64,000 nt of DNA from an uncultured Chloroflexia bacterium (GCA_963801445.1 CAWDEW010000009.1:836438-900437); one strand, 5' to 3'; positions 28,415 to 39,366 are shown, numbered from the stretch's first letter. The notes: generated from the letters alone by a model not told the origin. Program-made: numbers and translations.

Positions 28415-29266
28415 CTAGGGCCGCACCAGGTCGTCGTAGGCCTCCGGGCGGCGATCCCGGAAGAACTGCCAGGTCTGGCGAACCTCCGTGATCAGGTCCA
28501 GGTCGAGGTCCCGGATGAGGAGCTCCTCGGCGTAGGGGCTGGCGACTCCGCCCACGACCTGGCCGCGCGGGTCGCAGAAGTAGCTCTGGCCGTAGAAGTC
28601 GTCGTCGCCGATCTCGGCCTCGATCCCCACCCGGTTGATCGTCCCGACGTAGTAGCCGTTGGCCACCGCGTGGCTGGGCTGCTCGATCCGCCAGAGGTAC
28701 TCGGACAGGCCGCGGCTGGTCGCCGACGGGATGAGCACGATCTCGGCGCCGTTGAGGCCGAGCGCCCGGGCGCCCTCCGGGAAGTGGCGGTCGTAGCAGA
28801 TGTAGACGCCGACCTTGCCGACAGCCGTCTGGAAGACGGGGTAGCCCAGGTTCCCGGGGCGGAAGTAGAACTTCTCCCAGAAGCCCTTCACGTGCGGGAT
28901 GTGCGTCTTGCGGTACTTGCCGAGATAGCTCCCGTCGCTGTCGATGACGGCGGCGGTGTTGTAGTAGATGCCGGACGCGGTCGTGTCCTCCTCGTACATC
29001 GGCACGACCAGGACCATCCCGGTCTGCTTCGCGAGGTCCTGCATCCGCTTCGTCGTCGGGCCGTCCGGGATCAGCTCGGTGTAGGAGTAGTACCGGGAAT
29101 CCTGGACCTGGCAGAAGTAGGGCCCGTAGAACAGCTCCTGGAAGAGCATGAGCTGGGCGCCCTGCTTGGCGGCGTCGTGGGCGAACCGCTCGTGCTTCTG
29201 GATCATGGATTCCTTGTCGCCGGTCCAGGTGGCCTGGACGAGCGCGCCTCGGACAATTCGCGGCAT
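28415..29266 (-). CDS. Nitrilase-superfamily N-carbamoyl amidohydrolase (beta-ureidopropionase / N-carbamoyl-amino-acid hydrolase type)
   Basis: The carbon-nitrogen hydrolase catalytic E-K-C context is present (LMLFQELF ... GKYRKTHIP ... VYICYDRHFPE). An ATG follows the RBS ggagga. Confidence 0.8.
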   Translation of the reverse strand: MPRIVRGALVQATWTGDKESMIQKHERFAHDAAKQGAQLMLFQELFYGPYFCQVQDSRYYSYTELIPDGPTTKRMQDLAKQTGMVLVVPMYEEDTTASGIYYNTAAVIDSDGSYLGKYRKTHIPHVKGFWEKFYFRPGNLGYPVFQTAVGKVGVYICYDRHFPEGARALGLNGAEIVLIPSATSRGLSEYLWRIEQPSHAVANGYYVGTINRVGIEAEIGDDDFYGQSYFCDPRGQVVGGVASPYAEELLIRDLDLDLITEVRQTWQFFRDRRPEAYDDLVRP

Positions 29267-29476
29267 CGGATCTCCTCCGGTGGGGTCGCAGGAACGACGG
29301 CGTAACCGGGCCACGGGGCTCGGTCGATGGATTGCGCCGGATGCTACACCTCCGCGCGCTCCGTGCGCGGCACGGAACGGGGGCGCGGCGCGTCAGCGCC
29401 GGGGTTGCCCGATCGGGCACCAGGTCTGCCCGATCCCCTGCTGACGGGGCTCCGACGCCGCGCTACCGTCGGCCCC

Positions 29477-31651
29477 ATGGGCAGGTCGCTCGCCGCGATG
29501 CGGCACCAGGCGGCCCCGGCGAGCCCGTCTGCCGCAACGCCGTCGGCCCCCTCGCGGCGGGCCGCCGGCGTCGACGAGCACGCTGTCTCCGAGATCGCCC
29601 GTCACGGGATGCCACCCGCGATCGAGGGCCGTCGCGGCGCGCCCGGCTCCGAGCCGCGCATCCTGCTCTCCCTCCAGGACCGGGCCGGGAACCGGGCGGT
29701 CAGCGCCATCGTCGCCCGCGCGCTCCAGCGCAGCGAGATCCCCTACACGGATCGCGGGGAGACGCTCTACAACCAGGACCCGTCGTTCAACGCCTCGGTC
29801 ACGCCGGGCACGGCCGGAGCCATGCACTACGGCGGCGGGACCCGGCACTTCGAGATGACCCGCTCCGACACCGAGGTGGTCGCGACCGTCCGCATCCTGT
29901 TCGTGAACCAGGACCGCGACACGCGCCAGACCTTGCCCGACGGAACGAGCAACCCGAACTATCTCGGGCACCGCGGCGCCGAGACGGAGATCCCCGCGTC
30001 CGACGAGCGGCGCGGACGCGCCAGCGACATCGCCCGCCACCAGACCGATCGCTGGAACGGCCGGATCCGGCTCCGGGGAGTGGCGCACCCGCGCTGGTAC
30101 CAGATCGGCGGCCACGACGAGGACGTCGACCTGCCGGTCCGGTTCGTGTCGCAGGCGGTGTTCGGGATGGGGGAGTCGCACCACACGACGGTCCGCCTCT
30201 ACCCGGCGTCAGTGGTCGCCAGCCAGGCTGCCGGGAACCCGATCGACGCAGGCAACTACTACCTGAACACGAGCCGGTATGGCGCCGACGCGGCCGCGAT
30301 CTACGCGCACGAGTACGGCCACCTCCTCGGGTTGCAGGATGAGTACGACCAGAGCAACTTCCAGATGCACGTCCTGCTCCACCAGGTCTCCCCGCGGCTC
30401 GGCGGCGGGCGCGGCGCCGCCCTCGACCGGGCGACCGTCGAGCGGATGGTCCTGGCGGCGCTGACGCGTCCCCTCTTCTTCCGCTTCGCGGCAGCCAAGG
30501 AGGAGCTCTCCGCCTCGTTCATGGCCGGTCGTGCGCCGCTGGAAGCCGGCCTCGGCGCGGCGCTTCGGGCGGCCGCCGCCGATCCGGCCGTCCGCACCGC
30601 GGCGACGGCCAGGCTGGAGGCGCATGCCGGCTCACGGCTCGCCGGCCGCCTCCCGGGCATCGTCGACTTCGAGGCGGGCGAGAACTTCTCGAACCTCGCG
30701 CTGGCACGGGGAGCGGTCGCAACCGAGTTTGCGCCCGACGCGCTCGGCGACCTCGTGGCGGGAGCCTACTTCCAGGCGCTCCTCGCGCCCCACGACCAAC
30801 CGGTCGACGTCGGCGGCGGCGGGAGCGGGCGGATGTCGGTGAACATCCACGGCAGCGCCGGCTCCGGCTCCGGTACCGGGATCTGGGGCGCTGCTGGCAG
30901 CGGACCCCTGGCGGGGAATGCCTCGGCCCTCGCCCAGCAGGTGGTCGGTGACAGCTCCGCCGGCCCGGTGCCGCCGGTCCGGCCGTCCTCGTCGCTGGTC
31001 TCCCAGGTGGCGGGAATCCCGGCGACATGGCGGACGGCGGCGGGAGGTCTCGCTGCGGCAATCACGCCGGCCGGACTGTCCGCCGCCATGTCGGCCGCGA
31101 TCACGGCTCGCGGGGCCGTCTCGGGCGGCGACGGCCCGATCGGCAGCGTCGTCGAGGCGTACCATCGTGCCCTCGCGCTCGTCGGATCGTCGGCCCGGGC
31201 TGCGGCCCGGTCGGAGGTGCGTCGTTTCGTGGGTGCCCAGATCGCCCCGGCCCTTTCGGCGAACGTCTCGGCGCTCCAGGGCCAGGTCTCTGCCGACGTC
31301 ACCCAGGTGATGGCGACCCCGGCGCGGACGGTCGCAGCCGCCGCACCGCCCGACCCGGACCTGCGGGCCGTGGTCACCGCGATGCAGGCCCGGCTGGCGT
31401 CGGCGACGCCGGCCGGCGCGGACGCCACCAATCGCAACGCTCCGGCGGCCAACCCGGGCAGCCCGGCCAACAACCCGACCGGGGCCGCGGTCCCCGCCCA
31501 GGAGGTCACCTACTCGAACACCGGGATGATGAGCGACAACTCGGGCGAGATCCGCACCGACCAGTTCGCCGACTTCGCGAACTTGTTCAACGACCCGTCA
31601 AACGGCCTGCACCGGTCGAACGAGGGCCAGTTCCGGGCGGTGGTTCGATGA
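29477..31651 (+). CDS. Large hypothetical protein: N-terminal LQ..AGNRAV motif (DUF4157-like effector/pre-toxin motif), central HExxH zinc-metallopeptidase motif, long Ala/Gly/Ser-rich C-terminal region
   Basis: The N-terminal region reads ILLSLQDRAGNRAVSAIVARALQ. The metal-binding motif is AAIYAHEYGHLLGLQDEYD. The C-terminal 350 aa are low-complexity Ala/Gly/Ser-rich sequence, ending in a short conserved-looking tail (TYSNTGMMSDNSGEIRTDQFADFANLF). Confidence 0.6.
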   Translation: MGRSLAAMRHQAAPASPSAATPSAPSRRAAGVDEHAVSEIARHGMPPAIEGRRGAPGSEPRILLSLQDRAGNRAVSAIVARALQRSEIPYTDRGETLYNQDPSFNASVTPGTAGAMHYGGGTRHFEMTRSDTEVVATVRILFVNQDRDTRQTLPDGTSNPNYLGHRGAETEIPASDERRGRASDIARHQTDRWNGRIRLRGVAHPRWYQIGGHDEDVDLPVRFVSQAVFGMGESHHTTVRLYPASVVASQAAGNPIDAGNYYLNTSRYGADAAAIYAHEYGHLLGLQDEYDQSNFQMHVLLHQVSPRLGGGRGAALDRATVERMVLAALTRPLFFRFAAAKEELSASFMAGRAPLEAGLGAALRAAAADPAVRTAATARLEAHAGSRLAGRLPGIVDFEAGENFSNLALARGAVATEFAPDALGDLVAGAYFQALLAPHDQPVDVGGGGSGRMSVNIHGSAGSGSGTGIWGAAGSGPLAGNASALAQQVVGDSSAGPVPPVRPSSSLVSQVAGIPATWRTAAGGLAAAITPAGLSAAMSAAITARGAVSGGDGPIGSVVEAYHRALALVGSSARAAARSEVRRFVGAQIAPALSANVSALQGQVSADVTQVMATPARTVAAAAPPDPDLRAVVTAMQARLASATPAGADATNRNAPAANPGSPANNPTGAAVPAQEVTYSNTGMMSDNSGEIRTDQFADFANLFNDPSNGLHRSNEGQFRAVVR

Positions 31652-32451
31652 GCGGGCTGCCCGCGGCGCCAGGGGAGCCCCGACCGCGCGTGGCATGGGA
31701 GCGCCGGGGGGCCGGCGGGCTGCGCCTGGGTGAGCGGCTGGCGCTCTACTCGGACAGGAGCGCCTGGCTGTGGGTGCAGGCCGCGGCGGATCCGGGGCGG
31801 GCAGACCGGGTGGGAAGCTTCCGCGCCGCCGTGGATGGCCGCCGGATCCAGGAGGCCGAGGCACTATGGGCCGCCCTCGCGGCGGCGCCCGACGCCGCGG
31901 CATCGGTGCACGGCCCGGAAGCGACGGTCGCCGGCCCGGACGGTTCACTCCTCTCCCTGTTCGCCGGGCAGCCCGGACCCGGCGCCGCGCTGCTGGCGCT
32001 CCTCGACTCGTTGACAGCCGAGGCGGTCCGCAATCCGGTCGCGGCCGCCCGCTTCGTCCTGGCGCGCGTCCCGGACACGGGGGTGGGCGGGTTCGCCCTG
32101 ATCGTCGAAGGCGAAGGCGAGCAGGCCGTCCAATTCGTCCTCGATCCCGGCGCCTTCGTCCTCTCCCTCTCCGAGGCGAACGGCGAGGGCGAGCGCCAGG
32201 GCGTGGGGCCGCTGCCGATCGGCCTGATCGGACCGGATGGCGACCTCGTCGACGGCCTCCATGGCACGGCCCGCCTGGCGCCGGGGAGCCGGGCTGCCGC
32301 CGTGCTCCCGGTCCGGGCGGAGGCGCCCCGGGATGCCCGGGTGGAGGTTGGCGGCCGGATCGCGCTGGTCGGCCCGTGGCCGGCTGCGCCGATGGCCGCC
32401 GACGCCTTCGAAGCCCGGACCGCGGTCCTCCCGGCGGGCCAACCCAGCTGA
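31648..32451 (+). CDS. Hypothetical protein translationally coupled (ATGA overlap) to the HExxH protein
   Basis: The 267-aa ORF has no recognisable domain. Its codon usage is coherent with its neighbours. Confidence 0.5.
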   Translation: MSGLPAAPGEPRPRVAWERRGAGGLRLGERLALYSDRSAWLWVQAAADPGRADRVGSFRAAVDGRRIQEAEALWAALAAAPDAAASVHGPEATVAGPDGSLLSLFAGQPGPGAALLALLDSLTAEAVRNPVAAARFVLARVPDTGVGGFALIVEGEGEQAVQFVLDPGAFVLSLSEANGEGERQGVGPLPIGLIGPDGDLVDGLHGTARLAPGSRAAAVLPVRAEAPRDARVEVGGRIALVGPWPAAPMAADAFEARTAVLPAGQPS

Positions 32452-32714
32452 CCTCGTGCGCTCGGCGCGCGGCGGGGGTGGAGCGTGGTCGCGCCCGGAC
32501 CGGAGCCCGCCGGATGGGGCAGCCCGAGGCGTTCGCGACAGCGCTCCATCGGGCCTCCTCGATGTGGTCTAATGGCGCATCCCTCCCGGGCGGCCGCGAG
32601 ACCGAAACGGCCCCGCTGTCGTCCCGCCCCACCGCGGCCCGTCGCCGCAGAGGGGTGCCGCGGTGCCAGTGGATCGCGGCCGCGTGCCGGGCACGCGCCG
32701 CATCGAGGTGATCG

Positions 32715-34049
32715 ATGAGCGTCAAGGCCCCGAACCGACTCTCCAGCGAGGAGATCGTCCGCCTCTCCCGCCGGTACACGTTCTTCCCCTGGGCCGCCCA
32801 GGGCGCCGTCGCGCCCGTGGCGATCGACCGGGCGGAGGGCGTCTGGCTCTATACGCCCGAGGGGCGCCGGATCCTCGACTTCAACAGCCAGCTGATGTCG
32901 GTCAACATCGGCCACGGCGACCGCCGGGTGATCGACGCGATCACGGAGCAGGCGAAGCGGTTGCAGTACGTCCAGCCGGGCTTCGTCACCGAGATCCGGG
33001 CCCAGCTCGGCCAGAAGCTCGCCGAGCTGCTCCCCGGCGACATCGAGAAGGTCTTCTTCACGCTCGGTGGGGCCGAGGCCAACGAGAACGCGATCAAGCT
33101 CGCCCGCCAGGCGACGGGTCGGCACAAGATCCTGGCCCGCTACCGGAGCTACCACGGTGCCACGGCCGGGGTCATGACCCTGACCGGCGACCCGCGCCGC
33201 TGGGCGAACGAGCCCGGGATCCCGGGTGTCGTCCGCTTCCCGGACACGCACCGCTGGGGCGAGAAGGAGCCTCGTTCGGCGGCCGAGGCGCTGCAGGGCC
33301 TCGAGGACGTGGTGATGTACGAGGGGCCGTCCACGATCGCGGCTCTCATCATCGAGACCGTCGTGGGCACCAACGGGATCCTCATCCCGCCCGACGGCTA
33401 CCTCCAGGGCGTCCGCGAGATCTGCGACCGGCACGGCATCGTGCTGATCGCCGACGAGGTGATGGCCGGCTTCGGGAGGACCGGCGAGTGGTTCGCCGTG
33501 AACAACTGGAACGTCGTGCCCGACATCATCACGCTGGCCAAGGGCCTCACCTCCAGCTACCTGCCCCTCGGGGCCGTCGGGATGCGGCCGCACATCGCCG
33601 CGGCCTTCGAGAGCAAGGTCTACTACGGCGGCCTGACCTACAACAGCCACCCTGTCGGGCTCGCCGCGGCCCTCGCGACCATCGGCGTCTACGAGGAGGA
33701 CGGCCTGATCGAGCGGGCGCGCACGATGGGCGCGCTGCTCCGCGGTCACCACGAGGCCCTGGCGGCGAAGCACCCGTCGGTCGGGACCCACCGCAACATC
33801 GGCATGTTCGGGATGATCGAGCTCGTGCGGAGCCGCGACCCGTGGGTGCCCATGGCGGGCTACAACGGCTCCTCGGACGAGATGAAGGCCATCCAGAAGT
33901 CGCTCCGCGAGCAGGGCCTCTACACGATGTACCAGTGGAACGGGATCCACACCAACCCGCCGCTGACCATCACCGAGGACGAGATGGCCCAGGGCTTCGC
34001 CATGATCGACCGCGCGCTCGAGATCGCGGACGAGGCGGTGACCAGCTGA
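32715..34049 (+). CDS. Class-III (omega) aminotransferase, PLP-dependent (beta-alanine/taurine-pyruvate aminotransferase-like)
   Basis: It has class-III motifs (GGAEANENAIKLAR, IADEVMAGFGRTG, TLAKGLTSSYLPLGAV). Confidence 0.9.
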   Translation: MSVKAPNRLSSEEIVRLSRRYTFFPWAAQGAVAPVAIDRAEGVWLYTPEGRRILDFNSQLMSVNIGHGDRRVIDAITEQAKRLQYVQPGFVTEIRAQLGQKLAELLPGDIEKVFFTLGGAEANENAIKLARQATGRHKILARYRSYHGATAGVMTLTGDPRRWANEPGIPGVVRFPDTHRWGEKEPRSAAEALQGLEDVVMYEGPSTIAALIIETVVGTNGILIPPDGYLQGVREICDRHGIVLIADEVMAGFGRTGEWFAVNNWNVVPDIITLAKGLTSSYLPLGAVGMRPHIAAAFESKVYYGGLTYNSHPVGLAAALATIGVYEEDGLIERARTMGALLRGHHEALAAKHPSVGTHRNIGMFGMIELVRSRDPWVPMAGYNGSSDEMKAIQKSLREQGLYTMYQWNGIHTNPPLTITEDEMAQGFAMIDRALEIADEAVTS

Positions 34050-34089
34050 TACCTGGCCGAGCGTCCCCCCAGGCCCCCGGAGCGTCCCG

Positions 34090-35031
34090 ATGACGGCAGT
34101 CCCCGCCCGGCCGCCTGTCGCGGGCGCGCGCGGGCGGGCCGCATCCCCGGTCGCGGAAGGCCTGTCGCCGCGTGGTCGCGGCATCGCGGTCGCTGCGGTG
34201 GTGGTCGCGCTGCTCGTTACCTGGGAAATCGTCAAGTGGCTCTTCGGCGATCCGTGGCGGCTCCACGGATCGATCCTGGGCATCGCGATCAACTACGAGC
34301 ACTTCCCGCCCCTGCACTGGTCGGTGGCCACCGACCTCGCGCTGCCCCACCTGTGGTCCATCGCCAATGCGTTCTTCGAGCCCGCCCAGCGCTTCGGGCC
34401 ACCCACCTGGCAGGTCCTCGCCGGGGCGGCGCTCTTCACGTTCGCCGAGGCATTCACCGGCTTCGTGGTCGGAGGCGTGCTGGGCCTCGGGATCGGCGTC
34501 GTCTTCGTCCGGTTCCGGCTCCTGGAGCGGGCCCTGGTCCCGTACGTCGTGGCCTCCCAGACGATCCCGCTCATCACGATCGCCCCGATCGTGGTGATCT
34601 ACCTCGGGGCCAGCTGGACCTCGGTGGCCATGATCGCTGCCTACCTGACCTTCTTCCCGGTCACGGTGGCCGCCCTGCGCGGGCTCAAGTCCGCCGACCC
34701 GCGGGCCTTCGAGCTGATGCGCGCGGCCGCGGCTTCCGAGACCCAGGTCTTCTGGAAGCTCCGCTTCCCGGCCTCCGTCCCGTACCTCTTCTCGGCCCTC
34801 CGCGTGAGCGCGAGCGCGAGCGTCGTCGGGGCCATCATCGGCGAGCTTCCCTCGAGCATCCAGGACGGCCTGGGGGGACAGATCCTGCAGAACGCCCAGT
34901 ACTACATCACCGGCCCCGAGAAGCTGTGGGCGACGATCATCGCCGCCGCCCTGCTCGGGATCATGTTCGTCGGGTTGGTCAGCCTCGCCGAGACTGTCCT
35001 GCTCGGCGGTCGCCGTCGACCCGTTTCGTGA
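34090..35031 (+). CDS. ABC transporter permease (NitT/TauT family)
   Basis: It has six TM helices and an EAA-like loop (MRAAAASETQVFWKLRFPASVP). Confidence 0.85.
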   Translation: MTAVPARPPVAGARGRAASPVAEGLSPRGRGIAVAAVVVALLVTWEIVKWLFGDPWRLHGSILGIAINYEHFPPLHWSVATDLALPHLWSIANAFFEPAQRFGPPTWQVLAGAALFTFAEAFTGFVVGGVLGLGIGVVFVRFRLLERALVPYVVASQTIPLITIAPIVVIYLGASWTSVAMIAAYLTFFPVTVAALRGLKSADPRAFELMRAAAASETQVFWKLRFPASVPYLFSALRVSASASVVGAIIGELPSSIQDGLGGQILQNAQYYITGPEKLWATIIAAALLGIMFVGLVSLAETVLLGGRRRPVS

Positions 35032-35045
35032 GCGAGGCCAGCCCC

Positions 35046-35940
35046 ATGTCCCAGATCGATCCGATCGCCGCTTCCGCTCGGGCGGCCCGGCCGGCCCCGA
35101 TGAGCGGGAGCGCGCCGGTGGTGGAGCTGATCGGCGCCGGCAAGGTGTTCGGCACGGGACAGACGAGCCTCACCGCCGTCGACGGAATCGACCTTTCGAT
35201 CGCCCCCGGGGAGTTCGTGTCCCTGATCGGCCCGTCCGGATGCGGCAAGTCGACCCTCCTGCGCCTGATCGGCGACCTGACCGCGGCCACGGCCGGGACC
35301 GTGCGGGTCAACGGGAAGACGGCGGCCGAGGCCCGCCGCGGGCGGGAGTACGGGATCGTGTTCCAGGCGCCCGTGCTGTTCGACTGGCGGACGGTCGATC
35401 GGAACGTGGAGCTTCCACTCGAGATCATGGGCGTGGCGCGGGCCGAACGGCGGGAGCGGGCCGCGCAGATGCTCAGCCTCGTGGAGCTCGGCGAGTTCGC
35501 CCACAAGTACCCGTGGCAGCTGTCGGGCGGGATGCAGCAGCGGGTGGCCATCGCCCGCGCCCTCTCGATCGATCCGAAGCTCCTGCTCATGGACGAGCCG
35601 TTCGGGGCGCTCGACGAGATGACCCGGGAGCGGATGAACCTCGAGGTCATGCGCATCTGGCGGACGACCCAGACCACGGTCGTCTTCGTGACCCACTCGA
35701 TCCCCGAGGCGGTCTTCCTCTCGACCCGGGTCGTCGTGATGTCCGCGCGACCCGGCCGGATCACACGCGTGGTGGATGTCGACCTGCCCCAGCCGCGAAC
35801 CTTCGAGACGCGCGAGACGGAGGGCTACTTCCAGGCGCGTGACCGAGGTGCGCGAGGCGCTGCGCCAGCAGCACGGGGCCGTCGGCGACGAGCCCGGCAC
35901 GGATCCCACGAGCCGGATCCGCGTCGAGGGGTACGCGTGA
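35046..35940 (+). CDS. ABC transporter ATP-binding protein (NitT/TauT family) with an apparent frameshift near 35835-35842 in the last ~35 codons
   Basis: Walker A (GPSGCGKST), the signature (LSGGMQQRVAIARAL) and Walker B (LLLMDEPFGALD) are present. After GYFQA the annotated frame turns Arg-rich and runs into the next gene. The +1 frame gives a plausible C-terminus (VTEVREALRQQHGAVGDEPGTDPTSRIRVEGYA*) ending in GTGA overlap with the next permease. Confidence 0.8.
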
Positions 35941-36752
35941 CCGCAGCCGCGCTGGCGCGGTCCGGCCCGTCGGCCTGGAGCCGGCGACTGCACGACGCCC
36001 TGCCCATCGTGACCGTCTTCGTGGTCGTGGTCGTGTCGTGGGAGTTCTCCCTCCAGGCTCTCGGGGTCAAGCAGTTCCTCATGCCCCGCCCCAGCGTGAT
36101 CGCGACCGCCCTGGTCGACCAGTGGACGACCCTCTCCCGCGGAACCAGCTACACGGCGACCGAGTCGATCGGCGGGCTGCTGATCGGAACCCTCCTCGGG
36201 ATCGGGGCGGCCTTCGCCACGTCGCGCTGGACGAGCGCCCGCCAGGCCCTCCTGCCCGTGGCGATCACGGCCAACTCGATCCCGATCATCGCCCTCGCCC
36301 CGCTCACCAACATCTGGTTCGGCTCGGACAACCAGGTGTCGCGGATGGCGATCGTGGCCGTCATGGTCTTCTTCCCGGTCATGGTCAACGTGGTCCGCGG
36401 CCTCACCGAGGTCGATCCTGCGGCGCTCGAGCTGATGCAGGCCAGCGCCGCGTCCTCGTGGCAGGTGCTGGCCAAGGTGCGCATCCCCAACGCCCTGCCG
36501 TTCGTGTTCACGGGCCTGAAGGTCTCCACCACGCTGAGCGTCATCGGGGCGGTCGTGGGCGAGTACTTCGGCGGCCCCCAGTACGCCCTCGGCGTGTACA
36601 TCAAGTCCGAGGCGTACGTGTTCCGCTACATGAATGCCTGGGCCGCGATCATCATCGCGAGCCTCCTTGGCATCGGGCTGTACGTGGCGGTCGTCGTGCT
36701 CGAGCGGCTCGTGCTTCCGTGGCACGCGTCGAACCGTCGGGCGCTGACCTAG
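35937..36752 (+). CDS. ABC transporter permease (NitT/TauT family)
   Basis: A GTG overlaps the alternative-frame stop of the ATPase. The product has six TM helices and an EAA loop (MQASAASSWQVLAKVRIPNALP). Confidence 0.8.
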   Translation: MTAAALARSGPSAWSRRLHDALPIVTVFVVVVVSWEFSLQALGVKQFLMPRPSVIATALVDQWTTLSRGTSYTATESIGGLLIGTLLGIGAAFATSRWTSARQALLPVAITANSIPIIALAPLTNIWFGSDNQVSRMAIVAVMVFFPVMVNVVRGLTEVDPAALELMQASAASSWQVLAKVRIPNALPFVFTGLKVSTTLSVIGAVVGEYFGGPQYALGVYIKSEAYVFRYMNAWAAIIIASLLGIGLYVAVVVLERLVLPWHASNRRALT

Positions 36753-36873
36753 CCACGGACGGCCGCGTCGTCCCGCACCAGGAGGAGGTAGCCGCTATCG
36801 AAGAGGCAACGATCGAGACCGCGCGGTACTGACGTCGGTTCGGCGTCGAACCAGAGGAGGAGGAGAGGGTCTC

Positions 36874-37989
<1,116 letters not shown>

Positions 37990-38066
37990 CCCCGGGTACC
38001 CCAGGATCGATGACGGAGGCCGGCCCGCGAGGACCGGCCTCCGTCGATTCCCGGGACGGCGCTCGC

Positions 38067-38453
38067 TCAGCCGGGGAGCGGCGTGGCCTGGTGGAAGCGA
38101 ATCCTCCAGCGCTGGCCGCGCCGGACCCAGATCGACGACCGCAGCGCGACCCGGGCCTCGCCGTCAGGCCTCGGCACGAACGCCCGGTAGGTGACGAGGA
38201 TCACGTCCGCCGCGACCGATGTCGCTGTGAGCGAGTCGATCGTGACGTCCCCCGGCGGCGCCGCTTCGACGGACTTCATCGTGGACGCCCGGTCCCAGCG
38301 CCGGCCGCTTGCCCCGATCTCGAGGAAGCCGTCGTCGAGGACCTGCTCGAGGCCGCCCGGGAGCGCCGCGAGCTCGCGCCGCGCGAGGGCGAGCTCGAGG
38401 GCCGCCAGCTCAGCCACGAGGGCGGGATCGGGCCGTGCCGACGTTGCCGACAC
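38067..38453 (-). CDS. SnoaL-like / DUF4440 (NTF2-fold) family protein
   Basis: Only the C-terminal 128 aa of the track ORF look protein-like (LEIGASGRRWDRASTMKSV ... VILVTYRAFVPRPDGEARVALRSSIWVRRGQRWRIRFHQAT). A GTG start is assumed. Confidence 0.5.
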   Translation of the reverse strand: MSATSARPDPALVAELAALELALARRELAALPGGLEQVLDDGFLEIGASGRRWDRASTMKSVEAAPPGDVTIDSLTATSVAADVILVTYRAFVPRPDGEARVALRSSIWVRRGQRWRIRFHQATPLPG

Positions 38454-38631
38454 CGGAGAGCGGCCCCCAGACGCGCCCACGCTCCTACCCTCCGGTGCCC
38501 CTGAACCAGTCCCTGTCGTTCCGAGCGTACCCGCTCGTCGCGTGCGACGCTGGCCCGTCGACGAGCGTGGCCGCTGACGGCGCCTCGCGCTACCCTTCGG
38601 CGATCGTGGTTCGCCAGCCGGGAGTCCGCCG

Positions 38632-39150
38632 ATGCCCCATCCGCTCGTTGCCCAGCTTCGCTTCACGAGGAGCGAGTTCATGCGCGGCCTGCGCGGCGTC
38701 ACCGACGCCGATGCGCGGCACCGGTTGGAGCCGATGAACTGCCTCGCCTGGAACGTCGGGCACCTGGCCTGGCAGGAGCAGGAGTACTTCCTGTGGATCG
38801 CCCAGGAACGCATGCTGTACCCGGAGATCCGGCGCGACTTCGCCTATGGCGCCCCCGCGAGCGCGCCGCCGCTCAAGGAGGTGATGGCCGCCTGGAAGGC
38901 GATCACGGCCGACGCGGATCCGTGGCTCGACGGCCTCACGAGCGCCATGCTGGCCGACCGCTTCGAACGGCACGGCGAGCCGTTCGACAGGCAACGCGGG
39001 AGCCGGCTGCAGCGGGTCATCTACCACTACTGGTTCCACACGGGCGAGAACGCCGCGATCCGCCAGGCGCTCGGGCATCGCCGCCTTCCGCAGTTCGTCG
39101 GGAGCATCGACACGGACGCGCCGTACGTCCCGGAGGCGGCGGAGTCCTGA
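38632..39150 (+). CDS. DinB-family (DinB_2 / metal-dependent four-helix bundle) protein
   Basis: It carries the HLAWQEQEYFLW and YHYWFHTGE His-containing motifs. The product is 172 aa. Confidence 0.7.
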   Translation: MPHPLVAQLRFTRSEFMRGLRGVTDADARHRLEPMNCLAWNVGHLAWQEQEYFLWIAQERMLYPEIRRDFAYGAPASAPPLKEVMAAWKAITADADPWLDGLTSAMLADRFERHGEPFDRQRGSRLQRVIYHYWFHTGENAAIRQALGHRRLPQFVGSIDTDAPYVPEAAES

Positions 39151-39208
39151 CGGTTGGGCGCCGGACCCGTGCCCGCTCCGCATCGGCAGGGGCCTCCAGG
39201 ATCGAGTA

Positions 39209-39264
39209 TTGACCTCACTGTCTTCTGGTAGTACTATCGCATGCGACTGATAGCACATCAGTCG
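39209..39264 (+). promoter_or_regulatory. Sigma-70-like promoter (TTGACC, 17 nt, TACTAT) followed by a perfect 8/8 palindromic operator (CGACTGAT-N5-ATCAGTCG) upstream of the tetR-ATPase operon
   Basis: The boxes and palindrome are read directly from the sequence. The palindrome begins 7 nt after the -10 box. Confidence 0.5.
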
Positions 39265-39366
39265 AACGCCAGGTCGGCGACCAGCACCAGCTCGGGCGCT
39301 CCACCGGAGGCCCGCCGTCTCCCACGGCGGGCCTCGCCATGCAGGACAGAGCAGGAGGAGCGCACG

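Noticed and set aside
25974-29420. The single 1148-aa minus-strand ORF.
   Set aside because: It is a composite. Three separate genes (hydantoinase, LLM oxidoreductase, carbamoyl amidohydrolase) happen to share a frame with no intervening stops. Each has its own RBS and start codon and they are separated by 12-25 nt spacers.
31598-36725. Several long minus-strand ORFs (31598..32779, 31746..34292, 34902..36725) antisense to the aminotransferase/ABC region.
   Set aside because: No homology. They are antisense to strongly supported genes and are GC-composition artefacts.
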